A stretch of DNA of 64,000 bases from Candidatus Latescibacterota bacterium (GTDB lineage: Bacteria > Latescibacterota > UBA2968 > UBA8231): the NCBI GenBank assembly GCA_965197905.1, contig CBDAOB010000003.1, forward strand, positions 704,001 through 768,000, written 5' to 3'. Below, one piece after another: positions 43,020-52,603 of this stretch. The notes below the pieces were generated by a model. The model ran no database searches and was not told the origin of the DNA. It saw only the letters and a program-made list of their open reading frames with translations. The position numbers were made by a program, and so were the translations under genes. Within the stretch, counting starts at the first letter, position 1. Each line of letters begins with the position of its first letter.

Positions 43020-43802
43020 TCACTCGGAGTCGTAGAATTGCGGGTAGATCGGCGAGAACAAGGTATTTTCCCACCCCAACGTGCGTATTTGCCACAGCCG
43101 CAGGATCCGACCCGGATTTCCTCTGAACTCCAGATAACCTCCAGGAAGCCGGCTGTAGAACCAGTGCTCGATCTGTAGCGCCGTTCCCGGGATCAGGTTG
43201 CGATAGTCTTTCTCGTTCAATACCGCGAACTGGCCCCAATTCAAGATGACGCCGTTGAGATCCTCGGCCGACCCCCACAGCGCGCTGACCTCGCTCGTTG
43301 CCAAAGACCTGGATAGATCAACCCTCACTACCCTGATCGGTATGTCGACATAGATGTCGCGGAACCCTACAACTATGCTGGTCTGACCCTCATCGCCGAA
43401 CAGCACCTCGCCCACCTCCGTTACCAACGCAATGGATGGGTTCCGGCTCACATAGGTTAATTCCACGGTCGAGTTTTGAATCCGAAAAAACCGGTTGTTC
43501 TCCAGGAAGGTAGCGCCTTGCAGTGGGCGGATCATGTATCCCCGAACCGATCGGAAACTCTCGTTGCTGGAGCGGTAGAACAGACTGTCGCCGTAGAGGA
43601 TCGTCAATGGGGAGATTGGAATGTCGAGCTCGGCGGGGTTTTCCCATTGAATCCGGGGCTCTTCGTACCCCAGTTCAGCCAGCAGAGCATCGGCGTCTTC
43701 CTGGGTGCTGGCCAGCGGCGAGTTGCCGCCGCTGCCGCACCCCACCACACCGACGGCAATGCCGATAAGTGATAAGAGAAGGTAGTGGCGCAACCGTGAC
43801 AT
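43020..43802 (-). CDS. Hypothetical lipoprotein
   Basis: 'MSRLRHYLLLSLIGIAVGVVGC' lipobox; Ig-like segment 'YVSRNPSIALVTEVGEV'. Confidence 0.65.
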   Translation of the reverse strand: MSRLRHYLLLSLIGIAVGVVGCGSGGNSPLASTQEDADALLAELGYEEPRIQWENPAELDIPISPLTILYGDSLFYRSSNESFRSVRGYMIRPLQGATFLENNRFFRIQNSTVELTYVSRNPSIALVTEVGEVLFGDEGQTSIVVGFRDIYVDIPIRVVRVDLSRSLATSEVSALWGSAEDLNGVILNWGQFAVLNEKDYRNLIPGTALQIEHWFYSRLPGGYLEFRGNPGRILRLWQIRTLGWENTLFSPIYPQFYDSE

Positions 43803-43812
43803 GGTTGGTAAG

Positions 43813-44601
43813 TCAACAATTGGCGCCGGCAGGATCCTGCGCCGCCGGCGGCACCCGATACCAGTAGGTGTAGACATCCTCGAATCCCAGCTTGTGCTGC
43901 AAGCCCCGTGCCGGCTGATTGTTCGCCATCACCTGCAGATACGCCAGTCGGGCGCCCTGCTCATACCCCCAGCTCATGCGCGCGCCCACCAGCTTGGTAC
44001 CAAGGCCCTGGCCTCGATGCTCCGGGGCGACAAGCAGGTCAAACAGTCCAAGAAGGTCGCCCGAGCAGGCGGCGCGGGCGCAACCGACCGCCTCTCCATT
44101 CTCTCTCGCCAGCGCATACGCACTAGACGGCGGTGCGCTCCCGAGGAGTGTCCGGAGAATCTGACTGTGCTGGGTGCGGGACGAGAGCCGCTCCCAGGTC
44201 TCGAACCATTCATCCTCGGGTTCTTCACGGAGTTCGATATTGCTCGGAATCGAAGAGCCGGCATCGATCCGACGCGTCTGCACAACGGTGTCCGCATCCC
44301 GTTCATATCCCATGACCTTGAGGTGCCGATCTAGATCGACTGGTTGAGACGCAATGGTCATCTTGAAGACACAGGGCAGCGCGGCATCCTCGAAGATGGA
44401 TTCACAATGTGCCAACTTGCGATCCAAAGGCATGGTGGAATGGTACAGGGGTGTGACCGAGTTGGCGCGGCGACTGTACCCCTCCGACAGGCGCAATATC
44501 CAGCCGTCGTAATACTGGGTGCGCAGCGCCGGCAGTCCGTTGAGGGCAGCCTCCTCAAGTAAGACGATCAAGCGGGGGTTGGCCGTTTCGTCGATGTTCA
44601 T
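43813..44601 (-). CDS. GNAT family N-acetyltransferase
   Basis: 'GYSRRANSV'; 'VAPEHRGQGLG...AYLQV...N.PA..L..KLGF'. Confidence 0.9.
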   Translation of the reverse strand: MNIDETANPRLIVLLEEAALNGLPALRTQYYDGWILRLSEGYSRRANSVTPLYHSTMPLDRKLAHCESIFEDAALPCVFKMTIASQPVDLDRHLKVMGYERDADTVVQTRRIDAGSSIPSNIELREEPEDEWFETWERLSSRTQHSQILRTLLGSAPPSSAYALARENGEAVGCARAACSGDLLGLFDLLVAPEHRGQGLGTKLVGARMSWGYEQGARLAYLQVMANNQPARGLQHKLGFEDVYTYWYRVPPAAQDPAGANC

Positions 44602-44605
44602 CTTG

Positions 44606-45304
44606 TCAAAACGCCTTGCGAAACTCTTCTACCGCCTTTGGTCCGTTGCGCTCCAAACCTTTGTAAAACGCCTCTTCGTCATGGTTGCGGAAGTCCAGGC
44701 GCTCGACATGAAAAGGTGCCAGAGGCTCGCGGTTCTTTCGGCGCTGGACCACATCCAGAAAGTAGTCGACGGCGTTGGAGAGGCTGCTGGCATCCGTCCA
44801 GTCGGACTTGTAGACGGGGAGCAGGTTGTTTCTGAAAATCCAGGACATGTTGGGCATCGAGCCATACGCCCGATGACAGGCGCCGTCCAGCACATCGAGG
44901 TAAATCTGCCGTGTGATTCCCAGCTTGTCGTGCAGGTCCCGCGCGTGGCTCGTCTTCTGTTCCATCGTCGTGAGGTGTGGGTAGTGCTCTCCCGGGTGCG
45001 CCTCATGAGTATAGATGAAAATCGAACCGACATCGCTGTTGGCCACGCGCTCGGCCAGCCTGTTCATGGATGGACCCGCCATCCCGCAATACGGTCAGGT
45101 GAAGCTCCCGAACTCTACGATCGTGTAGGTAGACGCCGCCACCACCTCCCTGAGCCTGGTTTCATTGCCGTCTAGATCCACCAGGACGAAATCGGGCGCG
45201 ACTTGACCCAAGGGGGGACTCTCTTCGAACCGCATCCAGGGTTCGAAGTTCTCTGGAACGAAAGAGTCGTAATTGTATCGAGATAGGAGATCGGTGTCGG
45301 TCAT
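44606..45304 (-). CDS. Deiodinase-like / peroxiredoxin-like thioredoxin-fold selenoprotein (232 aa, in-frame UGA)
   Basis: ORFs 45095-45304 and 44606-45082 are in frame across TGA: 'FGSFT-U-PYC'; downstream 'FIYTHEAHPGE' deiodinase-like motif. Confidence 0.85.
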
Positions 45305-45405
45305 CGGTTTCGGAACAAAAACGTCATCGAAACGATCGCAAACGTCAAACCGCGCTACGAAATCGTCGCAACGCGGCTAAACAATCGCCTCTCGGCGGGA
45401 GGACG

Positions 45406-45449
45406 GGTTCGGCGCCTTGCCGCCGGTTGGTTCGGCGCCTTGCCGCCGG
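45406..45449. repeat. 21-bp tandem duplication
   Basis: GGTTCGGCGCCTTGCCGCCGG at 45406-45426 and 45429-45449. Confidence 0.8.
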
Positions 45450-46040
45450 CTACTCGGCCATTCGACGTTTTAGCCGGCCCCAACTCTCGGTTTGAACCGA
45501 GGTCGTAACAGCGCCTACCGAAATAACAGCAGGTGGCGAGTACTGGGTTGCTTCAAGAGCGCGACGCACTGAAGATACACCCCACGTTGAGTTGGTTTCG
45601 TCGTCGTACCGCATCACCGTGGCAAATACCCGAGCGCCCGCTGGGAGCGGATCGTCAGCACTCCACTCAATCCGATCAACGAGCGGCTCGGCAAGACGCA
45701 CGGTTGCGCCGCTGCCCTCTCGCCGATGGGTAACCTCAATCTCGATCCAAAGACTCTCGATGCTCCACGGTACCAGCCCGACGAACCCTTCGGCAGATCT
45801 CGTTACGCGCCCATCGCTGGCGCGCACATAATTGACTTCCACTTGCCGCCAAACCAAATAGCTGGCCTCATACGGCAGCGACTTCCAGCTGATAGTGATC
45901 GAGCGATCTGACTCCAATGCGGCTGACAGCAACTGAGGCGATTCGAGATCCCGATTCTCGACCAGGCTGCCACGCTCATCGGCAACGGTTCCCGAAGCCA
46001 GAATCAACACCGCCAGTATCAGTTTCGCGAAATACCGCAT
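45450..46040 (-). CDS. Hypothetical secreted protein with C-terminal 'SWGxxK' motif
   Basis: AGGAGG RBS; signal peptide MRYFAKLILAVLILAS; ends 'TSVQTESWGRLKRRMAE'. Confidence 0.65.
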   Translation of the reverse strand: MRYFAKLILAVLILASGTVADERGSLVENRDLESPQLLSAALESDRSITISWKSLPYEASYLVWRQVEVNYVRASDGRVTRSAEGFVGLVPWSIESLWIEIEVTHRREGSGATVRLAEPLVDRIEWSADDPLPAGARVFATVMRYDDETNSTWGVSSVRRALEATQYSPPAVISVGAVTTSVQTESWGRLKRRMAE

Positions 46041-46258
46041 CCACGCCTCCTTATACGGACCCACCAGTTCTCCTCCTAAAACTACAATAATTTCTCCACT
46101 ATCCAAAATAAATAGCAGAGGGCCCCAATCACTCCGTTTTCATCCGCTCCAGGAAGTCCCTCTACGGCGGACGCTGACCCTGCGATAGTTTAACGCTGCT
46201 TCGACTCCCATTTTCCTAGTTGGCTGGCACGGCACCCATGCCGCTCACCCTGCTGAAT

Positions 46259-48635
46259 CTAGAACGCCCAGCTCGCGCCGATGGAGGGCAGTAGTGGGAA
46301 CCACTCCTCGTCGAAGTGTCTCTCCGTGATGAGATCGGTTCCCGGACCCAAGTACCGTACGTCGCCGGGATAACGCGCCTGGACATTGCCCCGATTATAG
46401 AGATTGACCACCTCACCGAAGACGGTGAGGCGCCCGCCGCGGAGCTTGAAGTACCTGCTGATCCTCAGATCCATCCTGTGATACGGAGGAAGTCGTGCTG
46501 CATTCCGCGGGCCGAAGGTCTCAGCGTACGGAAACGTTCCTTCGGGTACCTCGATCTGTACGTAGACCCGCTCGCTGTACGGCCACCCGGATCGATACTG
46601 CCAGGCCAGGTTGATCTGCCAGCGTGGGTTCGGACGGTAATAGCAGTCAAAGTAGATGGTATGCCGCTGATCCTGGTTCTTCGGCACGTCGATTCCGTTG
46701 AACCGCTCCTGGGCGCGAGCCAGGCCATAGCTCGTCCACCAGCTGAACCTGCCCCCGACGTCACGTTTCAGGTAGAGTTCGACGCCCCGTGCATCGCCGT
46801 GGTCCGGCTCGAGGAAGACACTTTCCTCTTCCAACTCGGGAAAGAACAAAACCTCCTTGGAGAAGTTTTCGTAGCGTGGACGAATTCGGGTAAGTTTCTT
46901 CTGATATCGTTCGAGACGCAGATCTATGCCGTTTCGGAACCCGTGCTCGAGCCCGACAACTCGGTGCTCTGCCCGCTGGCTGCGGTAAAAGATGGCCTCG
47001 CCGTAAGCCACATCCAGATCGCTGATGCTTTGTGCCTGATGGAACCGTCCCCATCCACCGCGAATAACGGTTCTCTTTCCGAAGCTGTAGACAAGGTTCA
47101 ACCGAGGACTGATGTCGTTGTCGTCGGTGTACGACGTATGGTCGTAGCGGGCACCAACCTCCAGAGTGAGTGGAGACGTTACCCTGAACCGGGTGCCAAA
47201 GTGGATCCCCAGATTGTAGCCGTCCGGCTTCAAGTCGACGTCGATGGTGTCGGTGACCGCCACTATTTCGCCGGCAGGATCTCCGGTGAGGTATTGCAGG
47301 TCCCAATTGAAATAGTCGAAGTCGGAATTGAGCCGCTTGAGGTCGAGCCCGAAGTTCAGATGTTGACGGTCGGTTGCCTCCCAGATCCAATCCTGCTTCA
47401 GATTGGCGACGTCGAAGGATCGTTGCTCGCGTATATCGAACCCGGTCAGGTTGATCTCCCGCTGTATCTCCGGTGTCCTTATGAAGATGGTGCGAAAATC
47501 GGTACCCGAGCGCCCATCGGCTACCCGGCCAAAACCCAACACGGTTTGCGCACTGAGCGTGGCGCCCAAAGAAGACCTGAGGCGTAACCAACCGTAGGTA
47601 TTCGCATAGTCGGTTTTGGCGATATCTCCGTCCTCGTTTTCGACAAACTCGAGATCGTCGTCGGCACGCAGGACATGGGCCGACAGCCGGTGACGGTCGT
47701 TCAGCTGGTACTCCGTTTTCGCCATTACGTCGTAATACTGCGGGGATATATCGTCTTCGTTCATGAGTGAGAGAACGATATCGAGATAGCCGCGGCGGGC
47801 GGAAAGGAACCAGCTACCGCGACCCTGGCCATACCGACCTTCGGTGAGGAACCGGGCATTCATCAGACTGATGCCGACAGCAGTACGGCCCGTTGCGTTC
47901 GGTTTCACCGAGGCAATGTCGAATACGCCGCTCATGTGGTTGCCGTACTGAGCCGGGAACCCACCAGTCATCATATCGATCCCGCCGATCGCCACGACGT
48001 CGACGATGCTGAGCGCCCCACCGTAGATATCCTTCATGTGGAAAGGCTCGTACATCTTGAGGCCATCCAGCATGACCAGCACCTCCTCATGCTCGCCCCC
48101 ACGAACGGTGAATTTGGATGAGAAGTCGTTTCCCGAGATGCCGGGTAGCCGTTTGATGGCGCGGTAGATATCCTCGCCGAGCTGCGGCAGGGTGTGGATG
48201 TCTTCTTTGGTAAGGGTCTGCTTGCGGACAGGGTCGTCGTGCATGATCGCGAAGCGCCCAGGTGTGACCACGATCTCACCCAGGGTGATGGGCTCGGGCT
48301 CCAAGCTGAAGTCCAGTCGAACCGCGCCGTCCGCTATCTTCACCATCGTCGCCTGCTGTGGACGATATCCCAACAGCGAAGCTTCGATCGTGTATTCGCC
48401 CGCGGGCACGCGGACGATGACGTAGCGCCCGTCCTTGTCTGCAACGGTCCCGATCGATTCAACCCACCACACGCACGACGGCGAACCCCAGGCCTTCGCC
48501 ACTACCCGCTTCCTCTGCGCGGCCCTCGACGGTACCCTGAGCGAGGCAGACACCCTTCATCAGATGTGCCGCCGCAAATGCTGCCAAGTGGGGCCGAAAA
48601 ATGTGTTTGATCAGGTATGACAGACGGATCTTCAA
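46259..48635 (-). CDS. TonB-dependent receptor with N-terminal carboxypeptidase-regulatory-like domain; frameshift near 48460
   Basis: 'LPGI...VRGG..E...LDG...YEPFH...GGFPAQYG..MSGV' plug, 'RLPPYHRMDL', terminal Phe. The signal peptide lies in a shifted frame from TTG 48635. Confidence 0.85.
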
Positions 48636-48689
48636 TTCACCAACGTCGTTCCTATGAGAGGACCGCGTGCGCAGGTGTAGACTCCTGGT

Positions 48690-49640
48690 TCATGACCACG
48701 TGTCGATCTCGATCAAGGCTCGGGCGATCTTCGACTTCAGCTCGGCCACCGATTCCGGCGTCCACTCGTAGAACCCCTTGCCTGCCTTCACCCCTAAATC
48801 GCCTTTTTCGACCTTCTCCTTCAACACCTGAGGCACCTCGGAGGTTGCCGAGAGGTGCGGCAGCACCCCCGATGCGACGTTCGAGATCAGGTCCCACCCG
48901 GCGATCTCGAGAATCTCGAAGATGCCTGCTACCGCCCAACGTCGACCTATGCTATTACACAACGCCATGTCGACGTCCTGCGCCTCGACCACCCCATTCT
49001 CCACCAACCAACACGCTTCCCGCAGCAATGCCATCTGCAGCCGATTGAGCACAAAACCAGGCACTTCCTTGCGTATGACGATGGGTCGCTTCCCGATCCC
49101 CTTGAGCAGTTCGGTGATGGCCGTTACGGTCTCTTCAGACGTCTGTTCGGTGGGGACCACCTCCACCAGCGGCACCAGATGGGGCGGATTGACATAATGC
49201 ACCACCAGCGCCTTGTCGCGACGGTGAATATCTGCGGTGAAGCTGCTCGGCATGAACCCCGAGGTATTGCTCGCCAGGATCGTCCGCTCGGGGCAGAGGT
49301 CGTCCAGCTCACGGAAGATCTGTTGCTTCAGTGCCAGATCCTCATGGACCGACTCGATGACTACATCCGCTGCTTGCACGGCTTTCCCTAGTTCGGCGTA
49401 TCCGTCAATCCTGACCAACGCCGCTGCAGCTCCATCTCTTGTGGTCTTCCCCACGCTCACAAGCTGATCCAAACTGGCCTCAACGTTTTCGATGCCCCGT
49501 TGCACACTCGCGTCCGACCGGGAATAGAGTGCGATCTGGTAACCACCGAGGGCGAACTCGAGGGCTAGCGCGTGCCCCATGAGGCCGGCGCCGAGCACGG
49601 TTATCTGCTTGATCTCATCAGGCTTCATCGAACCATCCAA
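48690..49640 (-). CDS. 3-hydroxyacyl-CoA dehydrogenase family protein
   Basis: 'VLGAGLMG...VIESV.EDLALK...LASNTS...H..NPP..VPLVEV...PGFVLNRLQ'. Confidence 0.92.
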   Translation of the reverse strand: MDGSMKPDEIKQITVLGAGLMGHALALEFALGGYQIALYSRSDASVQRGIENVEASLDQLVSVGKTTRDGAAAALVRIDGYAELGKAVQAADVVIESVHEDLALKQQIFRELDDLCPERTILASNTSGFMPSSFTADIHRRDKALVVHYVNPPHLVPLVEVVPTEQTSEETVTAITELLKGIGKRPIVIRKEVPGFVLNRLQMALLREACWLVENGVVEAQDVDMALCNSIGRRWAVAGIFEILEIAGWDLISNVASGVLPHLSATSEVPQVLKEKVEKGDLGVKAGKGFYEWTPESVAELKSKIARALIEIDTWS

Positions 49641-49650
49641 TCCTTTCGAA

Positions 49651-50724
49651 TCAAAGCCCCGGCTGGGCTACCCGACCCGGGCTTAAGGCCATGTGCTCAG
49701 GTTGCTTGTTCCCCTTTATCCGCTCCCACAAAAGCGAAAAGAGATCGTTTCGCGAAAAATCTGCAGGGCGCCGCCGAAAATCTGTCACCGAGTTCGGATC
49801 ATCAAGGCCCCGCAACAATCGGAAGGAAAAAACATAGCTTCCGGCCGGGGTCAGCCAGCTGTCCGAGCGCCCGAATCGCAGATCGTTGAAATCGAGCTCA
49901 CCGTCATTTGCGGTAATCGTATAGTAGCCGCGCGAGAACCAAAGCAGCTTCTTCACCGGCTTCTCCTCAAGCATTGTGGCGATGAGATTCTGGTTCTTCT
50001 CGATTCGGTGAAATCGAATGTGAGAGTCCTGGTCGAATAAGGAGCGAAGACCGATCCACATATGGTCTCCGTTGTCTGCCACCCCCATCCACAGGAGGTT
50101 ATTGAGAGGCGTAGGCGTGGCGAAAAGGCGTTCGTAGGCAAGCTGCTGATCATCCAATGCAGCGGCAAATGCCGATTTCACGTGCGATTGGTTGGCCACG
50201 CCTACTAGCAGGTAGATCGTGCTCAGTCCGAGACCTACCCGATTGATCAAACGTCTCTTTGGGGAGGTCGGGTCGAAGAAAAGAGCGAGGAGCAATCCCA
50301 CAATTAGTGGCATGGTGTAGAGCGGGTCGATGATGAAGATAGTGGAAAACGCCACCGGGTAGGTGCTGAACGGGCTGAACAGCTGCGTGCCGTACATGGT
50401 AAAGCAATCGAGCAGAGCGTGCGTGAAAAATCCCAGGAAAGCCAGCAAACTCCACTCTTGCCACGTGGCACCTGTCTGTCGGTGAATTGCGAGTAGGAGT
50501 CTCCCCACTCCGACGCCCGCCACAACGGCAAAGACGACAGAGTGAGTGATGCCGCGATGGATGCCAAGCTGGGCCGTTTGCGAGACGAATGGCGAAACGA
50601 GCACATCCAGGTCCGGAATGGTTCCGGCGACGGCTCCCCAGATGGCGGCCTTCTTGCCAACCTTGCGGCCGAGGACGGCTTCCCCGACTGCCGCCCCAAG
50701 GGCGACTTGGGTTACCGTATCGAT
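49651..50724 (-). CDS. YdjM-like inner-membrane metal-dependent hydrolase
   Basis: 'DTVTQVALGAAVGE...IPDLD...HRGITHS...THALLD..T.YGT...IIDP'; start codon uncertain (ATC at 50724 or GTG at 50787). Confidence 0.85.
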   Translation of the reverse strand: MDTVTQVALGAAVGEAVLGRKVGKKAAIWGAVAGTIPDLDVLVSPFVSQTAQLGIHRGITHSVVFAVVAGVGVGRLLLAIHRQTGATWQEWSLLAFLGFFTHALLDCFTMYGTQLFSPFSTYPVAFSTIFIIDPLYTMPLIVGLLLALFFDPTSPKRRLINRVGLGLSTIYLLVGVANQSHVKSAFAAALDDQQLAYERLFATPTPLNNLLWMGVADNGDHMWIGLRSLFDQDSHIRFHRIEKNQNLIATMLEEKPVKKLLWFSRGYYTITANDGELDFNDLRFGRSDSWLTPAGSYVFSFRLLRGLDDPNSVTDFRRRPADFSRNDLFSLLWERIKGNKQPEHMALSPGRVAQPGL

Positions 50725-50870
50725 GGGACGATCTCCAGTACCAAATAATAATTGGCAGACACTGCACCTGGCCCCCAAGATACACAATCGTCGCGGACAC
50801 TTCAGGCAGAGGAAGGAGCTGCGAGAGAATGGAGAACGAAGAGGGGTGAGCTGCCGACGTGCTGGTGACC

Positions 50871-51200
50871 TTATCCGTCACGTGTGTCGGTAAGCTGAAT
50901 ATCTACCGCCTGGCACCAACCCGTGCTTGACGCATCGATCCGAATCCGATACCACGTCTCCATCTTCGACTCACCGCGTTTACCCGCATCTATGCAGAAC
51001 TTGGCCATCACCTTGATGGGGGTGCCCGGCTTCAGATGGGTGTTGACCGGCGAATGCCATCCCGGCTGCTGGCGCACCGGGAGATCCTCTTTACCCACCA
51101 CCCTGGCAGCACGCTCGGGATCGTACTCCTCGATCCCGTTGTCGCAGCCGAGGATGAACAAACTCAATAAGAAAGAGAGCGCTATCTTGGCCATATACAT
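50871..51200 (-). CDS. Small lipoprotein, SH3-like
   Basis: 'LFILGC' lipobox; 'LPVRQQPG...LKPGT.IKV...WYRI...GW'. Confidence 0.55.
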   Translation of the reverse strand: MYMAKIALSFLLSLFILGCDNGIEEYDPERAARVVGKEDLPVRQQPGWHSPVNTHLKPGTPIKVMAKFCIDAGKRGESKMETWYRIRIDASSTGWCQAVDIQLTDTRDG

Positions 51201-51448
51201 CAATGCATTGACCGACGTGAACAATGTCAACAAGCGGGCAAGTGAACGTCCGACCATCCCAGGCGTGCTTTCCGATGCTCTCGCCGGGACCATTCGGCGC
51301 GCGATACGTGCCCGAACTACCCGAGTGCGCGATTGCCGGTCTCATACTATTTTAGTAGGTATCTTATATCTTGAGTATTCTATGTTTGCAAATAATATTT
51401 TGAATCAGAAAGTGTCGGTCTACGAGCGGCGCGGCAGAAACGTCGAAC

Positions 51449-52522
51449 ATGGCAAAGCTGTCACTGCCTGACGGAGCCAAGATTGTCGACGGTAGCATTC
51501 GGTTCCAGGCTGCCGACGATCCCGATGAAACAATCAACCAGCTCCGCGGCAAACCTTTCAACGACGATGAATGCGAGGGTGTGCGGGAATTCCTCGTTGG
51601 CAATCTGTCGCTGAAGGAAACCGTAACAAAGCATCTCAGCCGCTTTCAGAATGAGGAAGAGACATCTCGTCTATTGGTCCGAGTCTGGATGCTGACCAAG
51701 TTCGGTGCGCGGTTCTCCTCCGTGCTCGACCAATTGAGTAAAAGTGTCGAAGCCGAACACGAAGACTTCACCGTAGTTTTCATGAAGCTGTATCAGCAGC
51801 TGGAGGATTACCGCAAGCGTTCGACGGAGTTGAATATTCGGCGACCTCCTGCCGTGGAACGGATCCAACTGAACATCGAGGAGTCGGCGGGGCGCAGGGT
51901 ATACTCTTGCGACGTCGAATCTCAAGGCAAACCCGTAGAGCATGCCGCGACAGACGATCGGAAGGATTCCGTCCTGCGCCGGCATATCGAGCAATTCAGG
52001 CGCATGACCGATGTGCCTGCACTGCGCAAGAGCGTCACAGCCATCGAAGAATTTCTGCTCGGACGAAAGTCACTGCAGAATTCAGTGACGTCGATGGCTG
52101 CCATGCCTTCCGGGTCTTCGCCCGCGGTTAGCGAAACCGCGGAAGAGAGAGAAGTCAATGCGGTTTCCAGTTTAATGGCAGCGTGGGTGGCGGTAGCGTT
52201 CGATCTGGCGTGGCGGGAGTTGAACGAGTACGTGAGATGGCTGTTGCGTCGTGGTGTGCCGCCGCTGGAGGAACTCTTCTACGGCCTGGTTGGTAGATTC
52301 GATAGCGTCGCAAACCTGGAAGAGGAGTACAAGCTGCACCATTCGACCATCGTTTCGCTAATGCAATACGCTATGGCACAATTGCAGCCTGCCGAAAATG
52401 AAAAAAGCGACTTGTCAAAGATCAGTTGGAAGCGGTTTGACGGCGACTCGGTGCCAGTCGAGCAGCGCCCGGAGGTTGCCGAGAAATTGATGCAGGCGCT
52501 TCAAGATTCGGACTCGTCTTAG
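51449..52522 (+). CDS. Hypothetical protein
   Basis: 357-aa ORF with helical, acidic composition and AT-rich upstream region; no motif recognised. Confidence 0.65.
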   Translation: MAKLSLPDGAKIVDGSIRFQAADDPDETINQLRGKPFNDDECEGVREFLVGNLSLKETVTKHLSRFQNEEETSRLLVRVWMLTKFGARFSSVLDQLSKSVEAEHEDFTVVFMKLYQQLEDYRKRSTELNIRRPPAVERIQLNIEESAGRRVYSCDVESQGKPVEHAATDDRKDSVLRRHIEQFRRMTDVPALRKSVTAIEEFLLGRKSLQNSVTSMAAMPSGSSPAVSETAEEREVNAVSSLMAAWVAVAFDLAWRELNEYVRWLLRRGVPPLEELFYGLVGRFDSVANLEEEYKLHHSTIVSLMQYAMAQLQPAENEKSDLSKISWKRFDGDSVPVEQRPEVAEKLMQALQDSDSS

Positions 52523-52603
52523 CACAGGAAACCAAGGTTCCCACCTCGGGGTCAGCTCACCTAGAATTCATACTCCCGCCGCCGGCGCGCCCTCTCCTCA
52601 CGA

